Source: Spirochaetota bacterium | GTDB lineage: Bacteria > Spirochaetota > UBA4802 > UBA5550 | Reading direction: 5' to 3' | Length of the DNA stretch: 64,000 nt | NCBI GenBank assembly: GCA_963663865.1 | Contig: OY760686.1 | Span: forward strand, 1,600,001-1,664,000 | Shown here: piece after piece, positions 27,967 through 37,173 of the stretch | Numbering within the stretch: position 1 is the first letter of the stretch | How the letters are laid out: every line of letters starts with the position of its first letter | The notes under the pieces: model-generated | The model's input: only the letters and a program-made list of their open reading frames with translations | Databases searched by the model: none | What the model was told of the DNA's origin: nothing | Made by a program: the position numbers and the translations under genes

Positions 27967-29370
27967 ATGATAAAGATATTACCAGGCGAAAAAGTAGACA
28001 TCCTTTCGAAGTACAGGAAGCTGATTGATGAAGTTGACACTGTCAAGTTCACCGGAAGGGTAGAGAAGATTGTCGGTTTGACGATTGAGTCACTGGGGCC
28101 CGCTGTCAAGTACGGAGATCTATGCCGCATCAGAACGGCCGACGGAGACTTTATCCATGCTGAGGTTGTTGGGTTTAACAGAAACAGGGTAATACTGATG
28201 CCGATTGGCGACATGGCTGGTGTAGTTTCCGGTTCGGATGTTTATGCTGTCGGTTCCGGCCTGACAGTGCCGGTCGGAGAAGAGCTGCTGGGAAGGGTCA
28301 TTGACGGAATAGGGCGCCCGATGGATGGTAAGGGAGCGATATTCACTGCCGCAAAATATCCGGTTGACGGCAAACCGCTGAACCCGCTTCGGAGAACAGT
28401 CATTGATACTCCGCTTTCCGTGGGAGTGAGGGCCATTGACGGTCTCAATACCGTGGGGCGCGGGCAGCGAATCGGAATCTTTTCCGGCTCCGGTGTGGGA
28501 AAATCAACTTTGCTCGGGATGATAGCCAAGTACACAAATGCCGATGTTAACGTGATAGCCCTCATAGGAGAGAGGGGGCGTGAGGTTAAGGACTTTGTTG
28601 AGAAGTCCCTGGGAAAAGAGGGGCTCAGGCGGTCTGTAGTTATTGTTGCGACCTCCGACCAGGCCCCGATGCTGCGTCTCCGCGGAGCGTATGTAGCCCA
28701 TACCGTTGCGGAGTACTTCAGGGACAGAGGTCTGGCTGTCAATCTCATGCTCGATTCAATCACCCGTTTCGCTATGGCACAGCGCGAGGTAGGGCTTGCC
28801 GCGGGCGAACCCGCCGCGACGAGGGGATATCCACCGTCAGTATTTACGAAGATGCCTCAGCTCATGGAAAGAGCGGGAACAAGCGACAGCGGAGGAAGCA
28901 TAACGGGATTTTACACTGTGCTTGTCGAAGGGGATGACATGAATGAGCCGGTAGCGGATACCGCGCGCGGAATTCTTGACGGCCATATCGTACTCGACAG
29001 AAAGATCGCTCACCGCGGGCATTTCCCCGCTATTGATATTCTCGCGTCAATATCGAGGTGCATGAAGGATGTAGTGACACGTGAGCACAGGCTTGCGGCG
29101 CAGAAACTTCGTGAACTACTCGCAGCCTACACTGAGGTGGAAGACCTTATAAATCTTAACGCCTACGCGAGGGGGTCAAACAGAAGAGCTGACGCGGCCA
29201 TTGATATGATTGATTATATAAACGATTTTTTACGTCAGGAGTTTGATGAGTCTGAAAGCTATGAGACTGTTGTACAGAGGCTGCTTGAAATGACCGGTGA
29301 ACGCAAGCCGGAAAGACCCGTAAGATCGACATCGCCTCAGGCACCTGCTTTTGCAAGGGTTTTAAAATGA
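27967..29370 (+). CDS. fliI: Flagellar export ATPase FliI
   Basis: GSGVGKST, IGERGREV, DSITRFA, GYPPS and LDGHIVL. Confidence 0.96.
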   Translation: MIKILPGEKVDILSKYRKLIDEVDTVKFTGRVEKIVGLTIESLGPAVKYGDLCRIRTADGDFIHAEVVGFNRNRVILMPIGDMAGVVSGSDVYAVGSGLTVPVGEELLGRVIDGIGRPMDGKGAIFTAAKYPVDGKPLNPLRRTVIDTPLSVGVRAIDGLNTVGRGQRIGIFSGSGVGKSTLLGMIAKYTNADVNVIALIGERGREVKDFVEKSLGKEGLRRSVVIVATSDQAPMLRLRGAYVAHTVAEYFRDRGLAVNLMLDSITRFAMAQREVGLAAGEPAATRGYPPSVFTKMPQLMERAGTSDSGGSITGFYTVLVEGDDMNEPVADTARGILDGHIVLDRKIAHRGHFPAIDILASISRCMKDVVTREHRLAAQKLRELLAAYTEVEDLINLNAYARGSNRRADAAIDMIDYINDFLRQEFDESESYETVVQRLLEMTGERKPERPVRSTSPQAPAFARVLK

Positions 29371-29384
29371 AAGGTGTTGCTTGA

Positions 29385-29858
29385 ATGAAAAAGTTTAAAT
29401 TCAGGCTTCAGGGGCTTCTGGAACTAAGAGAAGCGAAGGAAAGGGAGATTATGAATGAGCTCTCGGTTCTTGTGGCAGAACAGAATACTTTCATAAACAG
29501 AAGAGACAGTCTTGTTGACTCGCTTCAGAACCAGGGAAAGGCCTACAGAAAGAAGATGTCTGATGGTACTTTTTCTCCTTCAGATGCCATGCTTTACGGA
29601 AGGTTTATGGACAGGTCTGTCAGGGCTATTGAAACTGAACAGAAGAAAGCTGATTCAATGCTTCCGGGTATTACAGAGGTTAGAGGCAGGCTTGTCGATG
29701 CCTCGGTAAGCAAAAAGGTGGTTGAAAAGCTTAAGGAGAAAAAGCTGGCGGAATACAGCTATGAAGCCGCAAGGGAAGAAGCCAAGGAAAGCGACGATGC
29801 CAATCAGAAGATATATATGCGAAACAGAACATTAAAGATGGAGCAGATCTATGATTGA
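29385..29858 (+). CDS. fliJ: Flagellar export protein FliJ
   Basis: MKKFKFRLQGLLELRE N-terminus and KVVEKLKEKK. Directly follows fliI. Confidence 0.88.
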   Translation: MKKFKFRLQGLLELREAKEREIMNELSVLVAEQNTFINRRDSLVDSLQNQGKAYRKKMSDGTFSPSDAMLYGRFMDRSVRAIETEQKKADSMLPGITEVRGRLVDASVSKKVVEKLKEKKLAEYSYEAAREEAKESDDANQKIYMRNRTLKMEQIYD

Positions 29859-30267
29859 TGACATGTATGCTGTTATGAAGAGGATGGCTGAGATCAGTTC
29901 GCGTTTCGGGCTTAAGCGACATAATACTCGTTCGATTAGCGAAACAAAGGCGGCAGATTCCGGGACAGAAAGCTATCAGACCTCAGGTATCAAACGTTCA
30001 GCTTTCAACACGGAGCTATCAGCTTATTTAGGCCTTGAATCAGCAAATACGCCGGGCAGCCTGAATAAGCCTGCCTGGAGCGGGCAACTGCTGAATCCTG
30101 TTGTGCCTGATGCGGAAAGCATTCGGGGCGGAGGAGCGCAGCTTGATCTACTGAAAGCTATTTTAAAAAACGCGTCCGGCGGTGAAGAGCGCAGTGACAA
30201 TATTACTGACGCGGTCCGGGCCTACAGCTCTGTTGCCTCGGACAGCATTATCCCCGGGGAAAAATAG
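29851..30267 (+). CDS. Hypothetical protein, possibly a degenerate SLT-type lytic transglycosylase
   Basis: Weak remnants of SLT motifs (GLESANTP, GQLLNP, ESIRGG, AVRAYS). Overlaps the fliJ stop. Confidence 0.45.
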   Translation: MIDDMYAVMKRMAEISSRFGLKRHNTRSISETKAADSGTESYQTSGIKRSAFNTELSAYLGLESANTPGSLNKPAWSGQLLNPVVPDAESIRGGGAQLDLLKAILKNASGGEERSDNITDAVRAYSSVASDSIIPGEK

Positions 30268-30330
30268 AATGAAATTTGACGGATTTTCTAAAAGCACGGA
30301 ATAAGAACGGGAGACTAACGGGTTAGGAAT

Positions 30331-30927
30331 ATGAGAAATATCTCGAATAAAGCAAAAGCCGCATATCTGGTAGTGCTGATATTCTTTATCACTATATTCG
30401 GGCTTTTCTGGATGGATTATATCGGCCTTGTTGACATGAGCGGTGTCGTTGCCAGATTTACGAAGCCGGTTCCTTCCGTTGTTGACGCTTCAGATGATGA
30501 ACCTTCGCTCATTGCGAAAGAGGAGTTCGAGAAGGAAAAACAGCGGCTTCGAGAGAGAATTGAGGAACTTGACACAAGAGAGATGAAAATCGCAGAGTCT
30601 GAAAAAAAGATTCTGGAGGAGCTTGATAAAATCGAGAAGCTTAAAAGCGGTCTTGAATTCGAGAAGAAAAAGCTCGAAAATGAGAAAACTAAGTATTCCG
30701 GTTATAAACAGAATGTTAAAGTTCTTGCGGATAAGATAAACTCGATGCCTCCCGATGATTCAGTAAAAATTATGATAAACTGGGAAGAAACACTGATTAT
30801 TGACGTACTCAGACAGATGGATGAGGACTCAAGGAAGCTGGGAAAGGTGAGTATCACATCCTACCTGATTACACTTATGCCAAAGGAGAAGGCCAGCAGA
30901 ATAATGTATCTCATGACTCAGATCTGA
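30331..30927 (+). CDS. flbB: Periplasmic-flagellum collar protein FlbB-like (TM + coiled coil + MgtE_N-like)
   Basis: N-terminal TM ending WMDYIGL, long coiled coil, MPPDDSVKIM, IIDVLRQMD and YLITLMPKEKASRI. Position after fliJ as in spirochaetes. Confidence 0.72.
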   Translation: MRNISNKAKAAYLVVLIFFITIFGLFWMDYIGLVDMSGVVARFTKPVPSVVDASDDEPSLIAKEEFEKEKQRLRERIEELDTREMKIAESEKKILEELDKIEKLKSGLEFEKKKLENEKTKYSGYKQNVKVLADKINSMPPDDSVKIMINWEETLIIDVLRQMDEDSRKLGKVSITSYLITLMPKEKASRIMYLMTQI

Positions 30928-31507
30928 GGCCGCTGAATTCGGCTATCAGATCAAGAAGCTCCTTCTTTCCTGTGCTCTTCTGGGAGGATGAGTAGAATAT
31001 GCTGTCACTGCCTACTCCGAGTGCCTTTGATATTTTTACTGCGGAAGAAGCCAGCTCTCCCTTCGAAACCTTGTCACACTTTGTGAGCACAATAGCGCAG
31101 GCTTTTTCCTTGCCGGTGAGAGCTGAAATGAATTCAACTTCCAGATCGCCGGGTATTCGTCTTACGTCAATCAACAGGAAAGCAAGTCTCAGGTTATCTC
31201 TTTCATCAATGTAGCTTTTTATCATCGGGATGAAGCCCTTCCTGACTGAAGAAGGTGCTTTGGCAAAGCCGAAGCCGGGCAGGTCTACAATGGATATTCT
31301 GTCATCAGCCACAAAAAAGTTTATCAGCTGAGTCAGGCCGGGCCGTGAACCCGTTTTAACGAGATTTTTCTGACCAGTCAGCATGTTTATAAGAGATGAT
31401 TTACCCACATTTGACCTGCCGAAAAAAGCGAATTCCGGATACGGATATGCCGGAAATGAGGAGGGGCCTGTGCAGCTTTTCAAAAAATATACTTTTTTAA
31501 ACTTCAT
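30911..31507 (-). CDS. engB: Ribosome biogenesis GTPase YihA/YsxC
   Basis: GRSNVGKSSLIN, PGLTQLINFF, DLPGFGFAK and TKCDK. Confidence 0.95.
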   Translation of the reverse strand: MKFKKVYFLKSCTGPSSFPAYPYPEFAFFGRSNVGKSSLINMLTGQKNLVKTGSRPGLTQLINFFVADDRISIVDLPGFGFAKAPSSVRKGFIPMIKSYIDERDNLRLAFLLIDVRRIPGDLEVEFISALTGKEKACAIVLTKCDKVSKGELASSAVKISKALGVGSDSIFYSSSQKSTGKKELLDLIAEFSGLRSES

Positions 31508-31943
31508 TTATTACCTTTTCCATTAAGACAGCGTCTGAGTCGCCGTAGTATTTAGGCCTGAGTCCCGTCTTTATAAAGCCTAACCTTTCATAAAAGGCAA
31601 GAGCCCCACGATTGAGGTTGCTGACCTCAAGGAGTATCTTTTCAGGTCTGATATCAGCGCATTGCTGAACAGCCCACTTCAGGAGCGATGAGGCCGCGCC
31701 CAGCCGCCTGTACCGGGAGTCGACTGCTATGTTCTGAAGCTGAATCTCTCCGGTTATTTTCCAGAATACAGCGAACCCTGCAATCTGTCCATCAATATCC
31801 TCCGCAACAGCCATGATGGAGAAGTCATAATCAAGTTCGTTGTAAAAGTACTCCTTTTTCCAGAGAGCAAGGGATGAGCTTTCGATCTCAAAGATTCTTT
31901 CGATATCTTCATAACTTGCCCTGCGGATGCTGAAATTTTTCAC
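31497..31943 (-). CDS. rimI: Ribosomal protein S18 alanine N-acetyltransferase
   Basis: GNAT motifs NIAVDSRYRRLG, LEVSNLN, FYERLGF and RPKYY. Confidence 0.88.
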   Translation of the reverse strand: MKNFSIRRASYEDIERIFEIESSSLALWKKEYFYNELDYDFSIMAVAEDIDGQIAGFAVFWKITGEIQLQNIAVDSRYRRLGAASSLLKWAVQQCADIRPEKILLEVSNLNRGALAFYERLGFIKTGLRPKYYGDSDAVLMEKVINEV

Positions 31944-33535
31944 GCTTTCTTCCCAAGGGCTTTATATGCCTCAGCAATCAGGAAAAGAGCCAGAACAAAG
32001 AGTAGAACTGAGGCCGCTGCAACCGGATAATTTGCCTTTTGAATATTTGAGTAAATCATGAAAGCCAGGGCCGTCAGCGTTGTAGCGAACATGAATACCA
32101 TGGGAACGCGCACAAACAGGGTGCGTGATCCCTTTTTAGAAAGCCATACGGAAACAGCAAGAAGAGCTAATGCCGCGAGCAGCTGATTGGCTGCTCCGAA
32201 TACAGGCCATATTCTTAAGCCTTCGCCGCTGAAGACAAGAAAGCCGGCCGCGATAATGCCCGCTGAGGTTGAAAGCATTCGGCCCGGCCTGAACCTGGAC
32301 TGAACAGAGTTTTTGCTCTGGAAGAATTCCTGAAACGCGTAACGCGCGAGCCTTGTCGCTGTGTCAAGCGATGTGAGAGCAAAAGCGGATATGGCAAGCG
32401 AGGCGAACATCTTTGATGCGGACTCATCAGCCCCGAGGCTTTTCATGAGAGAGCCGAATCCCGCCGCGAAAAGTTCAATAGGGTTGGCAGCAAGGGCCTT
32501 ATAGTCTGAAGTGGCGAGCATTCCAGCTACAACAAGCGCTATAACAGCGAGCATCGATTCTATGAGCATGCCTCCAAAGCCGACGAATTTCGCGTCGCGT
32601 TCATTTGAAAGCTGTTTCGAGGAAGTACCCGAGGAAACAAGCGAGTGAAATCCTGAAACCGCGCCGCAGGCTACAGTGACAAAGAGCATCGGGAACATTA
32701 CCCCGACTTTATCCAGATTGAATGTAGCGGCAGCCGGCAGATTGATATCGGGCCTGACAACAAATATGCCCAGAAGCGACAGGCCTATGAGAGCATAGAG
32801 AATGAATGAGTTAAGATAATCCCTCGGCTGCAGGAGCAGCCATACAGGCAGAATTGACGCGGTAAAAATGTATCCGAAAAGAATCCAGACCCACGTTGAG
32901 GCCGGCAGTGATACCGGGAAAAGAAATCCTGCGTACAGCGCTCCGCACATGGCAATTACGCCGAGTACCGTTAGAAGAGGAAGAGGGAGCTTGAATCGAT
33001 AGAGCAGAAGCCCGAAAATTACAGCTGTACCGATAAAGATAATTGATGCCGTTGCCGCTTCGGGAGAAGATTCCAGCGTTCTTGAAACGATGATTGTGAA
33101 GACAGCTACCACCAGAACGAGTGTAGACCAGGAAAAAGCAAGGAAGAAGAATTTGCCTCTGCTGCCTATCTCTGATTCAATTATCCCACCGATAGAGCCG
33201 CCCCGGTTCCTTACCGATGCTGCCATTGAGCTGAAGTCGTGCACAGCTCCGATGAATATCCCTCCGATTATTATCCATAAAAGTACGGGAAGCCAGCCGT
33301 AACCTGCAGCCACTATCGGCCCTATTATTGGCGCTGCTCCGGCTATAGACGCGAAATGATGGCCGAGCAGAACCTCCTTTCTCGCGGGAACAAAGTCGAC
33401 GCCGTCGTAAAGCTCATGGGCTGGAGTTTTCCTGGAAGGGTCAATCCCCGTCCAAACTGCCACCCTGTTGCCGTAAAACCTGTAGGCGAGAAGGAAGAGA
33501 ACACCCGCACCAGCCACTACTATCAGTGAGTTCAT
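31940..33535 (-). CDS. cstA: Carbon starvation protein A family transporter
   Basis: TPAHELYDGVDFVP, GHHFASIAGAAPIIGP, LLQPRDY, ACGAVSGFH, TSLDTATRL and WPVFGAANQLL. Start placed at MNSLIV. Confidence 0.93.
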   Translation of the reverse strand: MNSLIVVAGAGVLFLLAYRFYGNRVAVWTGIDPSRKTPAHELYDGVDFVPARKEVLLGHHFASIAGAAPIIGPIVAAGYGWLPVLLWIIIGGIFIGAVHDFSSMAASVRNRGGSIGGIIESEIGSRGKFFFLAFSWSTLVLVVAVFTIIVSRTLESSPEAATASIIFIGTAVIFGLLLYRFKLPLPLLTVLGVIAMCGALYAGFLFPVSLPASTWVWILFGYIFTASILPVWLLLQPRDYLNSFILYALIGLSLLGIFVVRPDINLPAAATFNLDKVGVMFPMLFVTVACGAVSGFHSLVSSGTSSKQLSNERDAKFVGFGGMLIESMLAVIALVVAGMLATSDYKALAANPIELFAAGFGSLMKSLGADESASKMFASLAISAFALTSLDTATRLARYAFQEFFQSKNSVQSRFRPGRMLSTSAGIIAAGFLVFSGEGLRIWPVFGAANQLLAALALLAVSVWLSKKGSRTLFVRVPMVFMFATTLTALAFMIYSNIQKANYPVAAASVLLFVLALFLIAEAYKALGKKA

Positions 33536-33692
33536 CGCATTTATCCTGAAAAGAACATTGTTTATTCGTTTTGATAATCCTTTTACTGACATTTATGTCA
33601 AAGAAAAAAAGAATGATTCTGTTTCTAAGGAAGATTGAATTATTTCAATAAAAAAGTATAGAATTTAACATAAAATGCAATAAAACTTGACT

Positions 33693-33715
33693 TAAATGCA
33701 AATGATTTGCATTTA
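33693..33715. promoter_or_regulatory. Fur-family (probably Zur) operator, perfect 11-1-11 palindrome
   Basis: TAAATGCAAAT-G-ATTTGCATTTA directly after the -35-like TTGACT (33687-33692), upstream of the Fur-family/znuACB operon. Confidence 0.8.
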
Positions 33716-33759
33716 GATATAAATAAAAAGTATTCCCATTCACGGCAGGAGGGAGGCAG

Positions 33760-34188
33760 GTGTCATCTAAAGGAAGATGTGTTCCAAGGACGGTTCTGAC
33801 AGAGGCGGGGCTTAAGGTGACCCGGCAGCGTATTGACGTTCTTGAGGCTATAGTCCGCTATAGAAAGGCTTTCAGCGTTTCGGATATAAAGCAGGCAATG
33901 ACCGGAGCTCCTGATACAGCAACCATCTACAGAAATATTATGCTCTTTCTTGAGAAAAATATTCTCCGGACGGCGTTGAGCTGCAATGGCACCAGCTTTT
34001 ACGAGCTTGACTGCAGCCATAATCCGAGGCATCCTCACTTTGTCTGTGAAATGTGCGGGCGGGTTTTCTGTCTAAAGCATATTGATGGTGTTGAGGAACA
34101 AAGCCTGCTCCCCGAAAGAGGTTTCAGGGTGACAGCCATGCAGCTTGAGTACCGGGGGCTGTGCCCCGCATGCAATTCAAAAAAATAA
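33760..34188 (+). CDS. Fur-family transcriptional regulator (Zur-like)
   Basis: GLKVTRQR, ATIYRN, HPHFVCEMCG and GLCPAC. Heads the metal ABC operon; GTG start with GGAGG RBS. Confidence 0.9.
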   Translation: MSSKGRCVPRTVLTEAGLKVTRQRIDVLEAIVRYRKAFSVSDIKQAMTGAPDTATIYRNIMLFLEKNILRTALSCNGTSFYELDCSHNPRHPHFVCEMCGRVFCLKHIDGVEEQSLLPERGFRVTAMQLEYRGLCPACNSKK

Positions 34189-34203
34189 AGATGGTGAACC
34201 TGG

Positions 34204-35139
34204 ATGAAAAGAAAAGCTGTTGTAATCCTTTTAATACTGATAGCAGCCGCCGGCTGTAAAAAGAACACTCAGACGGAGAAAGTTAAGGTCACGGTTACCA
34301 TTTTCCCGCTGCTTGATTTTGTGCGCGAGGTTGGCAGAGACAGGGTCGATGTTGATATGCTCGTCCCGCCGGGTGTTCAGCCTCACTCGTTCGAGCCCAG
34401 GCCCGCTGATATAATAAGGCTTGGTGAAAGCAGGCTGTTCGTCTTTATTGGAGAGGCGATGGAGCCATGGGCAGAGGACATTCTCAAGTCGATGGGGAAG
34501 GACGCGCCGGCAACTCTGAACGCGTCTGACGGTGTTAAGCTGATAAACAGGTCCGGGGATGATGGCCATGTCCATAAAGGCCGCTCTGATAAATCTCCAG
34601 CGCATTATGACCCGCATATCTGGCTCGATTTCAGCATTGACCAGGCAATAGTCAGGAGAATAGCCGAAATGCTCTCTGAGTCAGACCCGTCAAACGAAGC
34701 CTTCTACCGCGAGAATGCCAGAATCTACAGCGAAAGGCTTGAAAGGCTCGATGAGAGTTTCAAAAAAGCGCTTTCAACATGCCGGAACAGAACCATCCTT
34801 CACGGCGGTCATTTTGCCTTCAGATATCTCGCTGAAAGGTATAACCTGTCGTACATGTCTCCTTACAGAGGTTTCTCCTCAGAGGCTGAACCATCTCCCG
34901 GAGATCTGGCAGCGATTATTGATAGAGTCAGGGAAACCGGAGCCGAATACATCTTTTATGAAGAGCTGCTTGAGCCCAAACTCGCGAGAATTATAGCCTC
35001 GGAAACATCGGTAAAGCTGCTCAAGCTTCACGCTGCCCACAATGTTTCTCCTGAAGAGATGAAGGCCGGCGCCAGCTTTATCGGTTTGATGCAGGAGAAT
35101 CTGTCTGTCTTGAAAAAGGCCCTGGAGTGTAACGAATGA
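34204..35139 (+). CDS. znuA: Zn/Mn ABC transporter substrate-binding lipoprotein
   Basis: Lipobox AAGC, PHSFEP, His-rich loop, DPHIWLD and HFAFRYL. Confidence 0.88.
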   Translation: MKRKAVVILLILIAAAGCKKNTQTEKVKVTVTIFPLLDFVREVGRDRVDVDMLVPPGVQPHSFEPRPADIIRLGESRLFVFIGEAMEPWAEDILKSMGKDAPATLNASDGVKLINRSGDDGHVHKGRSDKSPAHYDPHIWLDFSIDQAIVRRIAEMLSESDPSNEAFYRENARIYSERLERLDESFKKALSTCRNRTILHGGHFAFRYLAERYNLSYMSPYRGFSSEAEPSPGDLAAIIDRVRETGAEYIFYEELLEPKLARIIASETSVKLLKLHAAHNVSPEEMKAGASFIGLMQENLSVLKKALECNE

Positions 35140-35831
35140 TTATATCGGTTAAGAATTTGAGCGTCAGTTTCCAGGCAATGAAGGTCATTGACGGCATCTC
35201 ATTCGATATTGAAAGCGGAGACTTTGTTGCCCTTGCAGGTCCAAACGGCGCGGGAAAAACGACCCTTGTCAGGGCGCTTCTCGGGCTTCAGGAGAGCGAA
35301 TTTGATGAGCTTGCCGTCCGCTGTGAGAGGACAGGATATCTTCAGCAAAAAACATCGCTCTCTGACTACAAGTTTCCCGCTAATGTCAGGGAGATTATTC
35401 TTACGGGCCTGCTGTCAGAGAAGAGCTTCCCGCGTGTTTACAGCTCAGCGGACGGAAGAAGGGCTGATGAGGTAATTGAGATGATGGGGATTGGGGATAT
35501 CGCCACCAGGCTTATAGGAAAGCTTTCGGGAGGACAGCTGCAAAAGGTCCTTCTGGCACGCGCGCTCATTAACAAACCGCGATTGCTTTTTCTCGATGAA
35601 CCGACAACCGCTCTCGACCCTGTCAGCAGGGATAACTTTTATGATCTGGTTTCGCAGCTTAACAGGGATGGCATTACAATACTCTATGTGACCCACGATG
35701 TCGGGGCAATGCTTAAATATGCAGCCAGTGTCATGTATCTCGACAGAAAGATCCAGTTCTACGGAACGGCTTCCGGTTACAGGGAATTTGTCTCGTTAAA
35801 CGGCAATGTAAACGCCGCAGGGAGGCCGTGA
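35136..35831 (+). CDS. znuC: Metal ABC transporter ATP-binding protein
   Basis: GPNGAGKT, LSGGQ, LDEP and VTHD. Confidence 0.88.
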   Translation: MIISVKNLSVSFQAMKVIDGISFDIESGDFVALAGPNGAGKTTLVRALLGLQESEFDELAVRCERTGYLQQKTSLSDYKFPANVREIILTGLLSEKSFPRVYSSADGRRADEVIEMMGIGDIATRLIGKLSGGQLQKVLLARALINKPRLLFLDEPTTALDPVSRDNFYDLVSQLNRDGITILYVTHDVGAMLKYAASVMYLDRKIQFYGTASGYREFVSLNGNVNAAGRP

Positions 35832-36661
35832 TGTACGATATCTTTGAAATCCTTTCCAGAGCGGCCGGTTACGGCTTCATGCAGAAGGCGCTTATTTGCG
35901 GGATATTTACAGCCATTTCGTCTTCGATACTGGGTGTGTTTCTTGTTCTGAGGCAGCTGTCCATGATTGGACACGGTCTTTCTCATGTCAGCTTCGCTAC
36001 GATAGCCTTTGCCCTTGTTCTGGGTGTGAATCCTCTCGCGCTGTCCATACCTCTTGTGATACTTGCTTCGCTGGTCATACTGTACCTGTCTGAGAAAGCC
36101 TATGTGTACACCGATTCGGCAATCGGGCTTATCGGATCTGTAAGCGTTGCCATAGGCGTCATTATTGTCAGCACAGGAAATGGCCTCAATGTAGATATCT
36201 ACAGCTACCTGTTCGGCAGCATACTGGCGATAAGCCCTTTTGAAACGGGGCTTTCGGTTTCACTTTCCGCGGCTGTTGTTGCCGCAGTGCTTCTTCTGAA
36301 GAACGAGTGGTTCTCCATATCCTTTGACCGGGAATACGCGAAATCATGCGGCATCAACATTTTCTTCAATGATGTAGTTTTTTACATATTGCAATCTGTG
36401 GTAATAGTAACCGGAGTCAAAATAATTGGCGCTCTGCTCATGTCGAGCCTCATAGTTTTTCCAGCCCTTGCCTCGCTTCAAATCGCTCACCGGTTCAGGA
36501 GCATGATTTTATTTTCGGCGCTAATATCGGTCATTTCAGTTGTATCAGGAATAGTGCTGGCATTCCTGATAAACGCCCCGGCGGGAGCTACAATCGTATG
36601 TATCAATGCCGCGTTCTTTTTCGCGGCCTTCCTGTTCAACAAAGTGATGAGGATAAAATAG
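35828..36661 (+). CDS. znuB: Metal ABC transporter permease
   Basis: GVFLVLR, GHGLSHVSF, YLFGSIL and IGALL; multiple TMs. Confidence 0.88.
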   Translation: MMYDIFEILSRAAGYGFMQKALICGIFTAISSSILGVFLVLRQLSMIGHGLSHVSFATIAFALVLGVNPLALSIPLVILASLVILYLSEKAYVYTDSAIGLIGSVSVAIGVIIVSTGNGLNVDIYSYLFGSILAISPFETGLSVSLSAAVVAAVLLLKNEWFSISFDREYAKSCGINIFFNDVVFYILQSVVIVTGVKIIGALLMSSLIVFPALASLQIAHRFRSMILFSALISVISVVSGIVLAFLINAPAGATIVCINAAFFFAAFLFNKVMRIK

Positions 36662-37173
36662 TGAACTGTAATAGAACTGATTGTTTTAATCTTTCCGGGG
36701 ATGAAGCCGCAAGGAGCCGCGTTGCTCAAATGGTCAGGTTCAGGCTTGGAATTCCGAAGAGGGCTGAAGTCGAGGTACATTCGCATCTATGTGAAGGAAA
36801 TAACGTAACAGAGGTCAGGGTCACAGGCGGTAATGCCGGCTCAATACAATTTAACATCCCGTTGCAGGCTGAGGCGGTAACTGAGGACGATGTTGACGCG
36901 GCATGCGAGGCCTTTCTGGGCGGTGAGGGCAGTTCCCTGCCGGGGATTTACCGCAGGCTGATGCGGCTTGGCGGTTGGTGGGTGATTTTTGCCGGATCAT
37001 TGACTGTATTCAGCGTCTGTCCTGTATGCGGACAGGTCGGCTGTCCGGCAGGTGTCGGCCTTTACGCAGTTCTTTCGGTCATTCTCGCCTGCGCGAAGGA
37101 ATACTTAAAGGACTTTATGAGGGCCTTTTCTTCAGTTTTTCGGCGTGTCAGGAAAAGACTTGTTCTGAAGTGA
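36661..37173 (+). CDS. Hypothetical membrane protein with CPxCGxxGCP motif
   Basis: GTG start overlapping the znuB stop. CPVCGQVGCP lies between two hydrophobic segments. Confidence 0.55.
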   Translation: MNCNRTDCFNLSGDEAARSRVAQMVRFRLGIPKRAEVEVHSHLCEGNNVTEVRVTGGNAGSIQFNIPLQAEAVTEDDVDAACEAFLGGEGSSLPGIYRRLMRLGGWWVIFAGSLTVFSVCPVCGQVGCPAGVGLYAVLSVILACAKEYLKDFMRAFSSVFRRVRKRLVLK

